NCBI GenBank assembly: GCA_040220235.1
Contig: JAVJTO010000167.1
Reading direction: 5' to 3' (one strand)
Source of the DNA: Coleofasciculus sp. B1-GNL1-01
GTDB lineage: Bacteria > Cyanobacteriota > Cyanobacteriia > Cyanobacteriales > Coleofasciculaceae
Length of the DNA: 31,048 nt
A model generated the notes under the pieces. That model saw only the letters and a list, made by a program, of their open reading frames with translations. It was not told where the DNA came from and ran no database searches. Position 1 is the stretch's first letter. Every line of letters starts with the position of its first letter. Both the position numbers and the translations under genes were made by a program. Below, one piece after another: positions 1 through 9,214 of the stretch.

Positions 1-147
1 AAACCAATAACCTTCATACAAAACCCGCCCTGCGTCACCAATAAGATTCGATTAATCTGTAGGGGCGGGTTTAGGAACAAAATTGACGAGAAAACCAATA
101 ACCTTCATACAAAACCCGCCCTGCGTCACCGCAAACATTCGATTAAT
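1..147 (+). repeat. Tandem ~91-bp REP-containing units (partial, continuing left of the window)
   Basis: AAACCAATAACCTTCATACAAAACCCGCCCTGCGTCACC occurs at 1 and 92 (period 91). GTAGGGGCGGGTTT at 59-72 pairs with AAACCCGCCC at ~112-121. Confidence 0.85.
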
Positions 148-150
148 AGA

Positions 151-919
151 TGCGATCGCGTGGAATATTTCGTGGTTTGGTGGTGGGGATAGGGCGGGTT
201 TCGTTGTTTTGTTGGGGGTGTTGTCTGATGATTTAATCCCTAAACCCGCCCCTACAGGATCGGGAGGATTGGCGTGCGATCGCGTGGAATATTAGGCGGG
301 ATTTCTTTATCTGGTGGTGGGGATAGGGCGGGTTTTGTTGTTTTATTTGCGGTGTGTATCATCATTGAATTCCTAAACCCGCCCCTACAGGATGGGGAGG
401 ATTGGCGTGCGATCGCGTGGAATATTAGGATAGATTTCGTTGTCTGGCGGTGGGGATAGGGCGGGTTTTGTTGTTTTATTTGCGGTGTGTATCATCATTG
501 AATCCCTAAACCCGCCCCTACAGGATGGGGAGGATTGGTGTGCGATCGCGTGGAATATTAGGATAGGTTTCGTGGTTTGGTGGTGGGGAAGGGCGGGTTT
601 TGTTGTTTTGTGGGGGGTGTTGTATCATGATTTAATCCCTAAACCCGCCCCTACATGATCGGGATGATGGGGATGCGATCGCCTGGAATATTAGGATAGA
701 TTTCGTGGTTTGGTGGTGGGGATAGGGCGGGTTTCGTTGTTTTGTTGGGAGTGTGTATCATCATTGAATTCCTAAACTCGCCCCTACAGGATCGGGATGA
801 TGGGGATGCGATCGCCTGAAAATTAGGATAGATTTCGTGGTTTGGCGGTGGGGATAGGGCGGGTTTCGTTGTTTTGTTAGGGGTGTGTATCATCATTGAA
901 TTCCTAAACCCGCCCCTAC
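151..919 (-). repeat. Tandem array of six ~133-bp REP/BIME-like units, each with a HIP1 site
   Basis: AAAC(C/T)CGCCCCTAC ends at 255, 388, 521, 654, 787 and 919. GCGATCGC starts at 152, 276, 409, 542, 675 and 808. Each unit has the AGGGCGGGTTT...AAACCCGCCCCTAC inverted repeat. Confidence 0.95.
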
Positions 920-954
920 AATTACTGTTAACCCGGATTACCGCAACAGCCATT

Positions 955-2283
955 TTAGGTGTTTTCTCTCAACCAATCTTGAAACTTCTGTGTCTCTTCT
1001 AGCGCTGGATTGATGGAAAACCAATTCCCATAGCGATCGCGGTATTCATAGACGAACATGCTACGCAGCAGAGTGGTGTATTCCACATCTCCTTTCACTG
1101 TCTGTTGTTGTACCACCTGAAACAGTAACTCCCACTCCTCATCATCAATGGATGAGGTGAGGTAATCCCGACTTTCGCGAATTACGCCTTCTAGACAATC
1201 CCGCGAGATTGGAGGGTCCATTTGTCGCAAACAGCCAAATAGGAGTCCTAGTAAGTTTCGCAGATGTCCACCGCTGATTTGACAGAGACGATCTAAGGTT
1301 TCAGTATTATCAAAGACTTCGGGAAGTAAGGCGAATCGTTGGGCTGGGGTATGGTGGGGAAATGCTCTCACTAAGACCATTTGCCGCAACAAATCCATCC
1401 CTTCTTTACATTCTGACCCATCCCGTTCGCGCACAGGAACCATGGGTAAAATTGTTGGCGGTAATCCACCCCCTAACCGATTTTTTAGAATTTCCACATC
1501 ATTGGAAAAGGTTAATGATAACGGAAGGGTATAAACGACATGACAATTCAGTTTCCGTAATTGGTCGCCTCGGTCAATAAATAAGTATTCGGGTTGTAAG
1601 CGTTCCGAGGGAAGTGGACGATTATCCACCCGATCCAAATTATCAACAATCACTACCAGTCCAGCCTTTCCCCGTCGCCGCAGTTCCGTGGTTGCCCGTT
1701 CTAATAGTTCGGTATTAATTGATTCTAAAATACCACTGGTACGGGGTTCTAGATATTCCCGTAAGCGACGGCGGAGTCGGGGACTTTCTTTTGTTTTGGC
1801 GGTAATTTTACCAATGCCAATCGAGAGTTCGGCTTCGGCATTCAGTTCAATCGGCGTTTGCAGAAAGTCGGCAATTTCACTGAACAAATTGGCAAAATAA
1901 CTGGGGTTCAGTTTAATTTTAATCGCTTCTAAACTTTCACTAACCCGACCCGCTACACTGAGGAGAATATCCGTAATATCGACATCCGCCATATCCAAGT
2001 CTTGGGAGGACTCAAAGTAAACCACATAGTATCCCTGCTTTTCTAACTCGGCTTTGAGTCGCAGCAATTCGGTGGACTTCCCGCAGCCAATATGACCCGT
2101 AAACAGTTGGCAAGTGGGTTCATCGGGGGAAATTAAGGCAATGGTGCGTCGCAGTGACTGAATAATTCGATTCCCTCTCACCGGGGAAAAATCAATATAA
2201 TACTGCTGATCTTCAACTTCCCCTACGGTTAAGGGCTTGCTTGGATTGCACGCTTTATAAAATCTCGGTAGATCTAGTCCCAT
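955..2283 (-). CDS. P-loop ATP-binding protein (cyanobacterial AAA/KAP-like ATPase)
   Basis: 442-aa ORF with Walker A GHIGCGKSTE and Walker B VVIVDNLD; GAGGA RBS upstream of the ATG. Confidence 0.85.
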   Translation of the reverse strand: MGLDLPRFYKACNPSKPLTVGEVEDQQYYIDFSPVRGNRIIQSLRRTIALISPDEPTCQLFTGHIGCGKSTELLRLKAELEKQGYYVVYFESSQDLDMADVDITDILLSVAGRVSESLEAIKIKLNPSYFANLFSEIADFLQTPIELNAEAELSIGIGKITAKTKESPRLRRRLREYLEPRTSGILESINTELLERATTELRRRGKAGLVVIVDNLDRVDNRPLPSERLQPEYLFIDRGDQLRKLNCHVVYTLPLSLTFSNDVEILKNRLGGGLPPTILPMVPVRERDGSECKEGMDLLRQMVLVRAFPHHTPAQRFALLPEVFDNTETLDRLCQISGGHLRNLLGLLFGCLRQMDPPISRDCLEGVIRESRDYLTSSIDDEEWELLFQVVQQQTVKGDVEYTTLLRSMFVYEYRDRYGNWFSINPALEETQKFQDWLRENT

Positions 2284-2599
2284 AAGTCCTCATCGTCCTG
2301 ATTCTATTGTCGTTGAAAGACACGGCATCTCGCCACGCGATCGCACTTGTCGCATTATCCTGGTTATCCTCGTCGTCACAATAACCCGCCCACCGACAGG
2401 TTTTGGGTTTTTCTTTCCTAGCAGCCAGGAAAAATGGGGGAGACTCTTGCCTATCGAGTGTAACCTGAGACGTTCTCGGGCTAAGTCTGGAAAATACGAA
2501 TGCTTGATTTGCTGTGCTTCCAGAATGCGCTAACCTGTGACCTGCCTCAAGGAGTAAAATAGGGAACAGGAGGCTGACACTCAATAGTCGTTTATTCAT
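2255..2599 (-). CDS. Putative small secreted protein (signal peptide, CxxxxxC motif)
   Basis: 114-aa ORF. The N-terminus MNKRLLSVSLLFPILLL is signal-peptide-like and AGGA lies ~5 nt before the ATG. It overlaps the ATPase start by 29 nt. Confidence 0.4.
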   Translation of the reverse strand: MNKRLLSVSLLFPILLLEAGHRLAHSGSTANQAFVFSRLSPRTSQVTLDRQESPPFFLAARKEKPKTCRWAGYCDDEDNQDNATSAIAWRDAVSFNDNRIRTMRTYGTRSTEIL

Positions 2600-2899
2600 T
2601 TTTTCCTACAAATTGCTAGATCGATGTGAGGATTGCGATTACTCTTCCATCCGTTTTCTCTTCACTATTCTGGACGCCTGACCCAAAATCAGGATACTAT
2701 AGGTGTCTTGTTGTCAAGAAATTATCAGGATTAGGGACAGGTGACGTTGGTTAAGAAATGTAACGACACTCGCGATCGCACCTATAATCCAAGACCTAAT
2801 TCTGAGTAATAGACAGAGACTGACCCCCCTTTGGCGTTGAGTTAAACCGAGGCGTCCGGTTTAAACAGTCCTTAAATACTACAAGTTACAATAGTAGCC

Positions 2900-3907
2900 A
2901 TGAAAAATTCTTTAGCAGCGGTTATGAGTACGCCACATCGAAGGTTCCGCAAATTTACTCCCGTTCTTCTCAGTGTCGCGCTGTGTTGGACAACACTGGC
3001 TTGTCAGGATTCAACCAACTATTCTCAGTCTGTAGGACAGCAAAACACTAACACTGTATCGTCTCAGACTCGACTCACAGATGGGAAGTATCCTCTCCAA
3101 CAAGTGACCTACAATGACGCCAATGGGCAGTATACTTTATTTTTAATGAACTCCACGCCCCCGGTGTACAGTACCACGAACCCGCAAATGATACCCCTGA
3201 CGCCAGAGGAACTCAACGCTGGGGAACAAAGTTATCTACAAATGCAGAATAACCAAGCGGTTTTGCATTTGAGTCCAGAGTTTCAGATTGAATATATCCA
3301 CGCCGTTACCGAACCAGCCGGGAACAATGAAATGGTAATTGTGCGTGAGGAATCAACCTATTGGCAACCCTTTGAGAGTGACGGGGAGATTGAGATTGAA
3401 CTGGATTTTTATTCTCCTCGCTATTATATTCCACCCCCCTATCAATCGGGTCAAGTGCTGCATAGTGGTTATCATGCCTCAAGTTATGACCAAGCGGTTG
3501 CAAAATATCAAAGTAGCCACGACACACCACCGCCTGCGGTACGGAACAATCAGTTACGCACATCGGGAGTCTTGCGGAAGTCAACCACGACTCCGAGAAC
3601 CTCACCCGCATCCACGAATTCAGCCAGTACAACCCCATCAACGCCAACGGATAAATCAACAACGCCTCAAGCTTCACCGGGAACAACAAATCCAGCCACA
3701 ACCACTCAATCTGCACCAACATCGACAGGTTCCTCAACACGTTCCTCCCCGTCTTCATCGAGTAGCAGAAGCACGGGTTCGGGTTACGGGAGTAGCAATT
3801 TAAGACAGTCTAGCCAATCGAAACCTAAGCCGAGTTCATCCCGAAATCGTTCCTCTGGTTTTGGCAGTAGTAATAGTCGGTCTTCTGGATCGAAGAAGAA
3901 ACGTTGA
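2900..3907 (+). CDS. Conserved hypothetical lipoprotein with Ser/Thr/Arg-rich disordered C-terminal tail
   Basis: 335-aa ORF. Basic N-region, hydrophobic stretch and lipobox-like TLAC; tail includes STGSGYGSSNLR...SSGFGSS. Confidence 0.8.
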   Translation: MKNSLAAVMSTPHRRFRKFTPVLLSVALCWTTLACQDSTNYSQSVGQQNTNTVSSQTRLTDGKYPLQQVTYNDANGQYTLFLMNSTPPVYSTTNPQMIPLTPEELNAGEQSYLQMQNNQAVLHLSPEFQIEYIHAVTEPAGNNEMVIVREESTYWQPFESDGEIEIELDFYSPRYYIPPPYQSGQVLHSGYHASSYDQAVAKYQSSHDTPPPAVRNNQLRTSGVLRKSTTTPRTSPASTNSASTTPSTPTDKSTTPQASPGTTNPATTTQSAPTSTGSSTRSSPSSSSSRSTGSGYGSSNLRQSSQSKPKPSSSRNRSSGFGSSNSRSSGSKKKR

Positions 3908-3976
3908 ATAATGGTATTCGAGAAGTTACATCTACACAAGTATAGCAGTTCTCAATTACTAATGGCACAGGACAAT

Positions 3977-4000
3977 GTAGGGGCGCAATGCTTGCGCCCT
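3977..4000 (+). repeat. GTAG-type REP palindrome
   Basis: GTAGGGGCGCAATGCTTGCGCCCT contains the GGGCGCAA/TTGCGCCC inverted repeat. Confidence 0.8.
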
Positions 4001-4045
4001 TATGTAATTAAGGACTCATTTAATTTAACGATATAGGTTCCAATT

Positions 4046-4153
4046 ATGGATAATGATTTAGTTTTTTTTCTGGCAGGTGTTAGCTGTCTCATCCTCTATT
4101 TAGTCTTCTCAGCGCTAACGGAGATGGGGACAAAGTTTCCCTGGAAAAAATAA
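4046..4153 (+). CDS. 35-aa single-TM micro-protein (below the ORF-track cutoff)
   Basis: ATG at 4046 to TAA at 4153 gives MDNDLVFFLAGVSCLILYLVFSALTEMGTKFPWKK: one hydrophobic helix and a basic C-terminus. AGG lies upstream. Confidence 0.6.
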   Translation: MDNDLVFFLAGVSCLILYLVFSALTEMGTKFPWKK

Positions 4154-4327
4154 CGGAAATCCTGGCGATTCAAGTCGCTGCTACACAAACTTGCGTCCGT
4201 AAGGTAGGGACTGGAGGTTACCTATCCTCAGGGAAATTGAATTAGAACTAACTATTAATCAGGTTTTTGATTGGTTAACTTTGGGATGATTTGTCATTTG
4301 ACAGTAAACTCGGCAACTAAAAAAAAG

Positions 4328-4957
4328 TTAACTACTAATTACAATTTGGCTTAAGCGCTTCAAAATTTTGAGAACGCTGTACAAATCTCCAGGGTTGCGA
4401 GTTGCTAACAAGTTTGATGTCGCGTATTGGGGATAGTCTTCCTGAACACATTTGACAAATATGAACGTTCCTCCACTGGTAATCATGCCATAGCTAGGTT
4501 TTTCTGGATTGGGATTTCCTAGCATATACGCTAACATTTGGGCAAGTCCGGCTTCAATGGAATAGGAGGCTCGTTTCGACTCGATAACCATGACCCAAAG
4601 CTGGTTTTTTAAGACTAATGTATCAATTCTTCCCCTGATAATTACGCCATCATCTTCTTCAACAATATCAATGGATTGTTCGGATTTAACGTAAAAGGGA
4701 GCCAGATAAAAATCACAAATGAAGAGAATAGGGTCTAAGACAGCCATTCTCACCACATCCTCTAGTAAGGGGGGATAGTTAAGCAGATTGAGATAACCCG
4801 CTTTTACTTTGTCTAATTGTTGTTTGTCGGAATCAGATAGATCGGGTAAATCTTCCTGCCACTCGGTAAAAAATTGGTTGTCTTCAACCAATTGGAGTCT
4901 ATAGTTTTCTAGGAGATAGCGTAAATCTATATCTTGGGCTTGAATGATTTGTACCAT
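4328..4957 (-). CDS. Stand-alone type I restriction enzyme R N-terminal-like / PD-(D/E)xK nuclease-fold protein
   Basis: 209 aa with GRID...VIESK (D...ExK) and the GLAQMLAYM helix typical of the cyanobacterial HsdR_N-like family. Confidence 0.8.
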   Translation of the reverse strand: MVQIIQAQDIDLRYLLENYRLQLVEDNQFFTEWQEDLPDLSDSDKQQLDKVKAGYLNLLNYPPLLEDVVRMAVLDPILFICDFYLAPFYVKSEQSIDIVEEDDGVIIRGRIDTLVLKNQLWVMVIESKRASYSIEAGLAQMLAYMLGNPNPEKPSYGMITSGGTFIFVKCVQEDYPQYATSNLLATRNPGDLYSVLKILKRLSQIVISS

Positions 4958-5023
4958 AACGAGTTGGTGAAATTTATTGTGAAATAGAGTGGGTTCATCG
5001 TAGGGGATGTGAGTCCTTGTACC

Positions 5024-7639
5024 TTATGTCGCACTGCGAACTAAAATAACAGTACTCTTAACCCGCCGCGCGATCGCTTCCGGTATATTCTCCTGAATCA
5101 TGAGCTGTAATAGCCCTTCCCGACTTGCGCCTAAAACCACGACATCGCATAATTGGTTATTGGCGATATAAACCACCGCATCAGACACCTCACTGGCGCG
5201 AATGGGAATCCGGCGAATCCGACCCTCTATTTGTCCCTTTAAAAAGTCGCTAGCTTCTTCTATGGCTGTTGTATCCGTAATCGTATCTTCTGGATCAAAG
5301 ACTTGGCATAATCGAATATCGGGTGGTTTACTACTTAAGGGAATTAACGCGGGCAGAAATTCCAAAGCGCGTTGCGAATTGGGACCGCCTGCGATGGGAA
5401 TCAACCAACGCTGAAAGAAGGGAGGAATATAAGGCGGATGCATCATTTCACCCAATTTCACGACCATCACATCACAGGGCGCTTGTCGAATCACCCCATC
5501 CACTGCCCCGCCAAAAATGCGTCCAGGGTTTGAGGTTGAGCCTTTCCACCCCATCATTATTAAATTAATATGTCGCTCTTTGATGGTGTCTAGAATCGCT
5601 TGGGTAATATCCTGACTCACCCGTATTTGAGTGTGAACAGGTATATTCCAATCTCGTCCCCACTTTTCCGCCTGACGTAATAACCGACGACTTTTTAGGG
5701 TTGTTACTGGCGTTTCGGCGGGAGACGTGCTGCGGGAGACGAGAATCACTTGTAAACATTCCAATTCATAATCGCGATCACGGGCGATGGCGGCGGCGAG
5801 TTTGACTAATATAGGGGCAGTTTGGGGATTAGCGATGGGAACTAATAACCGTCCTCGTCCCGTTTCTGGCGATCGGGTTTGATAAACCCCATAAGAGGGT
5901 TCTAATTGGGATCGAGGCTGAGTCGTTGTCCGATCAAGCTGATCCAATTCTGCTCGGATAATATCGCTGCGAGTAATAATTCCTAATAACTTCCGCCCTT
6001 CCGTGACGGGAAGACGACTGAGGTGGTAACGGTTGAGCAAATACAGGACATCGACTAAACTCGCCGTTGGTTTTACCGTGATTGGCTGCGATGTCATAAT
6101 CTCGGCGATGGGTGTGGTTCCGGGAAACGGACAACGGGGCGGATTACCTTGCATTTTTGTCGCTTGTGTGAGATCCGACTGACTAATAATCCCTACTAGC
6201 GTCCCCCCATCGACCACGGGGAAGCCTTGGTGTGTCGAACGAGACACCATCTGTAAGGCGTCATCCAGGGTCATTCCCAGAGATAAAGTTTCTACCCGCC
6301 GTTGCATCAAATCTTCTGCCGTTAACCCCGTCAATGAATCCTTATCTGCCTTTTGATTAGAGGGTATATACCCCCTCCATTCCAACAGACGCTGATAAAG
6401 TGAGCCTTTGGAGAGTTGATCCGCAATGAGGTAAGACACCACACAGGTGATCATTAAGGGTAAAACTAGATTAAAATCCGCCGTAATCTCGAAGATGATC
6501 ACGATCGCGGTTATAGGAACCTTAGATACCGCACTAAAAAACGCGCCCATTCCGGCTAAGGCGTAAGTTGTCGGTTCTCCAACCCCTAAAAAGGATAATT
6601 TGGTGACGCCGATTAGATAACCGAGAGCAGAACCCAAAACCAGTGACGGGTGAAATAACCCCCCAGGAGCGCCCGATCCATAGGAGACAATCGCCAGAAA
6701 AAAGTAGGTCACTAAGGCGAGGCTAGTGAATTGCCAAGTGGCTTCCCCGGTAATTAGCAACTCTCGCAAGCCGCTATTATTGCGAAAATCTGGGGGTAAT
6801 AGAGAAACTAAACACCCACAAATTAATCCCGCCAGCCCCATTTTTACCGCCAAAGAGACATGAAAGCGGCGCTGTAAGGTCAGAGAAAATAGAATCCCGC
6901 GATTAAATAAGGTTGCCAGTAATCCCGCTAAAAGACCTAACAGCAAATAATAGGGAATTTCTGGAGCAGAGAAACTGGTGGTGGTTTCACCCAGTTCCAG
7001 ATTCAGGTCAAGACTACGCCCCCCTAAAATCCGAGAAATCACCGCACCGATAAACGAAGCCAGAATCGCCGTTCCCAGAGTTAACCCGGAAAAATCATGA
7101 AGTAACTCCTCAACCACAAACAAAATACCCGCAATTGGGGTATTAAACCCCGCCGCCAAACCCGCCGCCGAACCTGCGGCGATAATCTGTCGTCGATGGC
7201 TAGGGGATGTGGGAAACCAACGGCTAAACTGAGCCGCTAACGCTGCACCAATATGCACCGTAGGTCCTTGGCGTCCCAGGGTAAGTCCTCCGGCGATCGC
7301 TAAAATACTGCTGACGAGTTTAACCACCGCCACCCGCAAATCAAGAGCGATGGGATACCCTCCAAGTGCGGCTTTAATTTGCGGAATACCACTCCCCGTA
7401 ACATCGGGAGCCAAATACTCAACCAAGAATCCCGACAGCGCTCCCAATACCAATCCGAACGCGGGTAAAACTAAAAAGGGTGGATATTGTTCAGACGTAT
7501 GAACCCGCCATGAACCGAGCCAACCAATACTGTGTTGGAGTAACACGGCGGATAGCGCAGAAACCACCCCAATTAAACAAGCTTCTGCGATCGCCAAACG
7601 TCGCTTGGGCAGTAACCATTGACGTATGGGATTGATCAT
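5024..7639 (-). CDS. ClC-family chloride channel/transporter with CBS pair and two USP domains
   Basis: ClC motifs GSGIP, GRQGP, GLAAGFNTP and GGLFHP; CBS motifs GFPVVD...LVGII and RLPVTE...LLGII; USP-like LLVPIAN and WLIPIAGGPNS. Confidence 0.95.
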   Translation of the reverse strand: MINPIRQWLLPKRRLAIAEACLIGVVSALSAVLLQHSIGWLGSWRVHTSEQYPPFLVLPAFGLVLGALSGFLVEYLAPDVTGSGIPQIKAALGGYPIALDLRVAVVKLVSSILAIAGGLTLGRQGPTVHIGAALAAQFSRWFPTSPSHRRQIIAAGSAAGLAAGFNTPIAGILFVVEELLHDFSGLTLGTAILASFIGAVISRILGGRSLDLNLELGETTTSFSAPEIPYYLLLGLLAGLLATLFNRGILFSLTLQRRFHVSLAVKMGLAGLICGCLVSLLPPDFRNNSGLRELLITGEATWQFTSLALVTYFFLAIVSYGSGAPGGLFHPSLVLGSALGYLIGVTKLSFLGVGEPTTYALAGMGAFFSAVSKVPITAIVIIFEITADFNLVLPLMITCVVSYLIADQLSKGSLYQRLLEWRGYIPSNQKADKDSLTGLTAEDLMQRRVETLSLGMTLDDALQMVSRSTHQGFPVVDGGTLVGIISQSDLTQATKMQGNPPRCPFPGTTPIAEIMTSQPITVKPTASLVDVLYLLNRYHLSRLPVTEGRKLLGIITRSDIIRAELDQLDRTTTQPRSQLEPSYGVYQTRSPETGRGRLLVPIANPQTAPILVKLAAAIARDRDYELECLQVILVSRSTSPAETPVTTLKSRRLLRQAEKWGRDWNIPVHTQIRVSQDITQAILDTIKERHINLIMMGWKGSTSNPGRIFGGAVDGVIRQAPCDVMVVKLGEMMHPPYIPPFFQRWLIPIAGGPNSQRALEFLPALIPLSSKPPDIRLCQVFDPEDTITDTTAIEEASDFLKGQIEGRIRRIPIRASEVSDAVVYIANNQLCDVVVLGASREGLLQLMIQENIPEAIARRVKSTVILVRSAT

Positions 7640-7800
7640 TTGTCATTTGTCATTTGTTAGGGAAAAGGGAACAGGGAATAGGCAATAGGCAATAGGCAAT
7701 AGGCAATAGGTAAGGTAGAGTTTTGAGTTAACTTCCTCAGCTTCCCCAGCTCCCCCAGCTCCCCCAGCTTCCCCGGCTCCCCATCACCCCATCACCCCCT
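7637..7800 (+). repeat. Composite short tandem repeat block (CATTTGT, GGCAATA, GCTCCCCCA, CCCCATCA units) with unique 34-bp core
   Basis: Tandem heptamers and 8-10-mers are visible. The core at 7703-7736 recurs inverted at 10205-10238. Confidence 0.85.
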
Positions 7801-7813
7801 CTCTCCTAACGAG

Positions 7814-9145
7814 CTAAATCAAAATAGAGGTTTGCTCAGAAGCCGTCACTGAGAGTCCTTCTAAGACTAAGGATGGGGTATAACATGGACCATTCCATTC
7901 TGCATCTTCACCTAGGGCAATAATCTGCTTGAGGGCAGTGTAGACATTACCCGCAACCATGGTGTCTTTCACCCGACCGATGATCGTACCGTTGCAGACG
8001 CGATACCCTAAATCTACATTGACAGAAAAGTCTCCAGATATGCCAGCCCCACCACCGAGGATTTGGTCGATGACTAATCCATCATCCAGTTGCATCAGTA
8101 AGTCTCTTAATGAGCCTTTACCCGGTTGCACCATGATATTGACTAATCCCGGAGTGGGATAACTGCCTAAACTGGGGCGAAATCCATTACCTGTACTGCC
8201 AACTCCCAGTAATCGCCCGATGGTGCGATCGCAATAAAACTGCTGCAATTGTCCTTCGCGGATTAATAATAGGGGTCGGGTGGGTGTTCCTTCGTCATCA
8301 AACGGACAACTATAGGGACCGATATTTGGGTGTTGAGAAAGACTTAGGTTAAGGGAACTGACCACTTGACCCAAGCGATCGCTCCAGGGGGAAGCCCCTT
8401 CCCAGACTTGTTTTCCATTTAATGCAGTTTGGACAGTATCCCAGAGTAAATCGGCGGCTTTGGCGGTGAGCAAAATTGGCACTTGACCGATAGGGGGATA
8501 AACGTTATTCTGCGCCCAGTTGAGGCGTTGCTGAATTGCTTTGACAACTTTATCGGAATTAAGCTGTTCCCGTTGGGTTTGACCATCCGAGACGCATAAA
8601 AAGTCATCGCCGCGCACCCATTCGACCGAGAAAAAACAGTTGAGTGTGGTGTCGGTGTAGTGACAATCTAAGCCTTGAGAGTTGATCAAGCGGATGGTTT
8701 CGGCTTCACATTCCAATTCGGCGGTACACAGAACCTCTGGATTCGCATCCCGAATTTTGGCGATCGCTTCTTTGCCCATGACAACCAAGTCTTCGACCGC
8801 CACGGATTTGCCTAAGTCGGGATAATGTTCGGGATGTCCCCCCGGTGTGAGTTCCACGGATTCTGGTTCATTCAAGGCGCTAATAGCGATGGCGCGATCC
8901 ACTAAGTCTTGGGGATTCACCGCCCCATAAGCCACCGCCAATCCGGGACGTCCGTTTTTCCATAAGCGCAGCGCCACCCCTTCTGATTGACTACTTTCTA
9001 GCCGCTTGAGGCGATTCGCTTCAAAAAGTACAGGGCGAGACAGCGATCGCGACTGATAAACCTCAGCATCCTTGGCTCCAGCTTTGAGTGCCAGATCTAA
9101 GAGTTGTTCGGAGGGCAGGGCGGGTGACAAATTCGGAGACTCCAT
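7814..9145 (-). CDS. pmbA: TldD/PmbA family protein (PmbA/TldE, non-catalytic subunit)
   Basis: 443 aa with PFDDEGTP, GSTGNG, SGDFS and VKDTMVAGN motifs; lacks the TldD HExxxH motif. Confidence 0.85.
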   Translation of the reverse strand: MESPNLSPALPSEQLLDLALKAGAKDAEVYQSRSLSRPVLFEANRLKRLESSQSEGVALRLWKNGRPGLAVAYGAVNPQDLVDRAIAISALNEPESVELTPGGHPEHYPDLGKSVAVEDLVVMGKEAIAKIRDANPEVLCTAELECEAETIRLINSQGLDCHYTDTTLNCFFSVEWVRGDDFLCVSDGQTQREQLNSDKVVKAIQQRLNWAQNNVYPPIGQVPILLTAKAADLLWDTVQTALNGKQVWEGASPWSDRLGQVVSSLNLSLSQHPNIGPYSCPFDDEGTPTRPLLLIREGQLQQFYCDRTIGRLLGVGSTGNGFRPSLGSYPTPGLVNIMVQPGKGSLRDLLMQLDDGLVIDQILGGGAGISGDFSVNVDLGYRVCNGTIIGRVKDTMVAGNVYTALKQIIALGEDAEWNGPCYTPSLVLEGLSVTASEQTSILI

Positions 9146-9214
9146 AATGTTTAGGGTGAATTATTCTGTTTATGTTTCTGACTCATTGGTGGTAAACCCC
9201 TAACCCATTCGGCG

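Noticed and set aside
151..919. CRISPR array interpretation of the periodic repeats
   Set aside because: The period is ~133 bp and the intervening sequences are near-identical rather than unique spacers. No cas genes are in the window.
83..953. Four short ORFs within the repeat array
   Set aside because: They are translations of the tandem REP units in shifting frames (KPAPT/GRAGF signatures), with no independent coding evidence.
3586..3594. 9-nt match (CACGACTCC) to the start of the predicted TnpB guide inside the lipoprotein gene
   Set aside because: The match is too short and is preceded by CAAC rather than the predicted TAM CCAT, so chance is a sufficient explanation.
4170..4235. Possible structured RNA after the micro-protein
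   Set aside because: It looks like a decayed palindromic repeat (GTCGCTGCTACACAAAC...), and no convincing conserved structure can be supported by eye.
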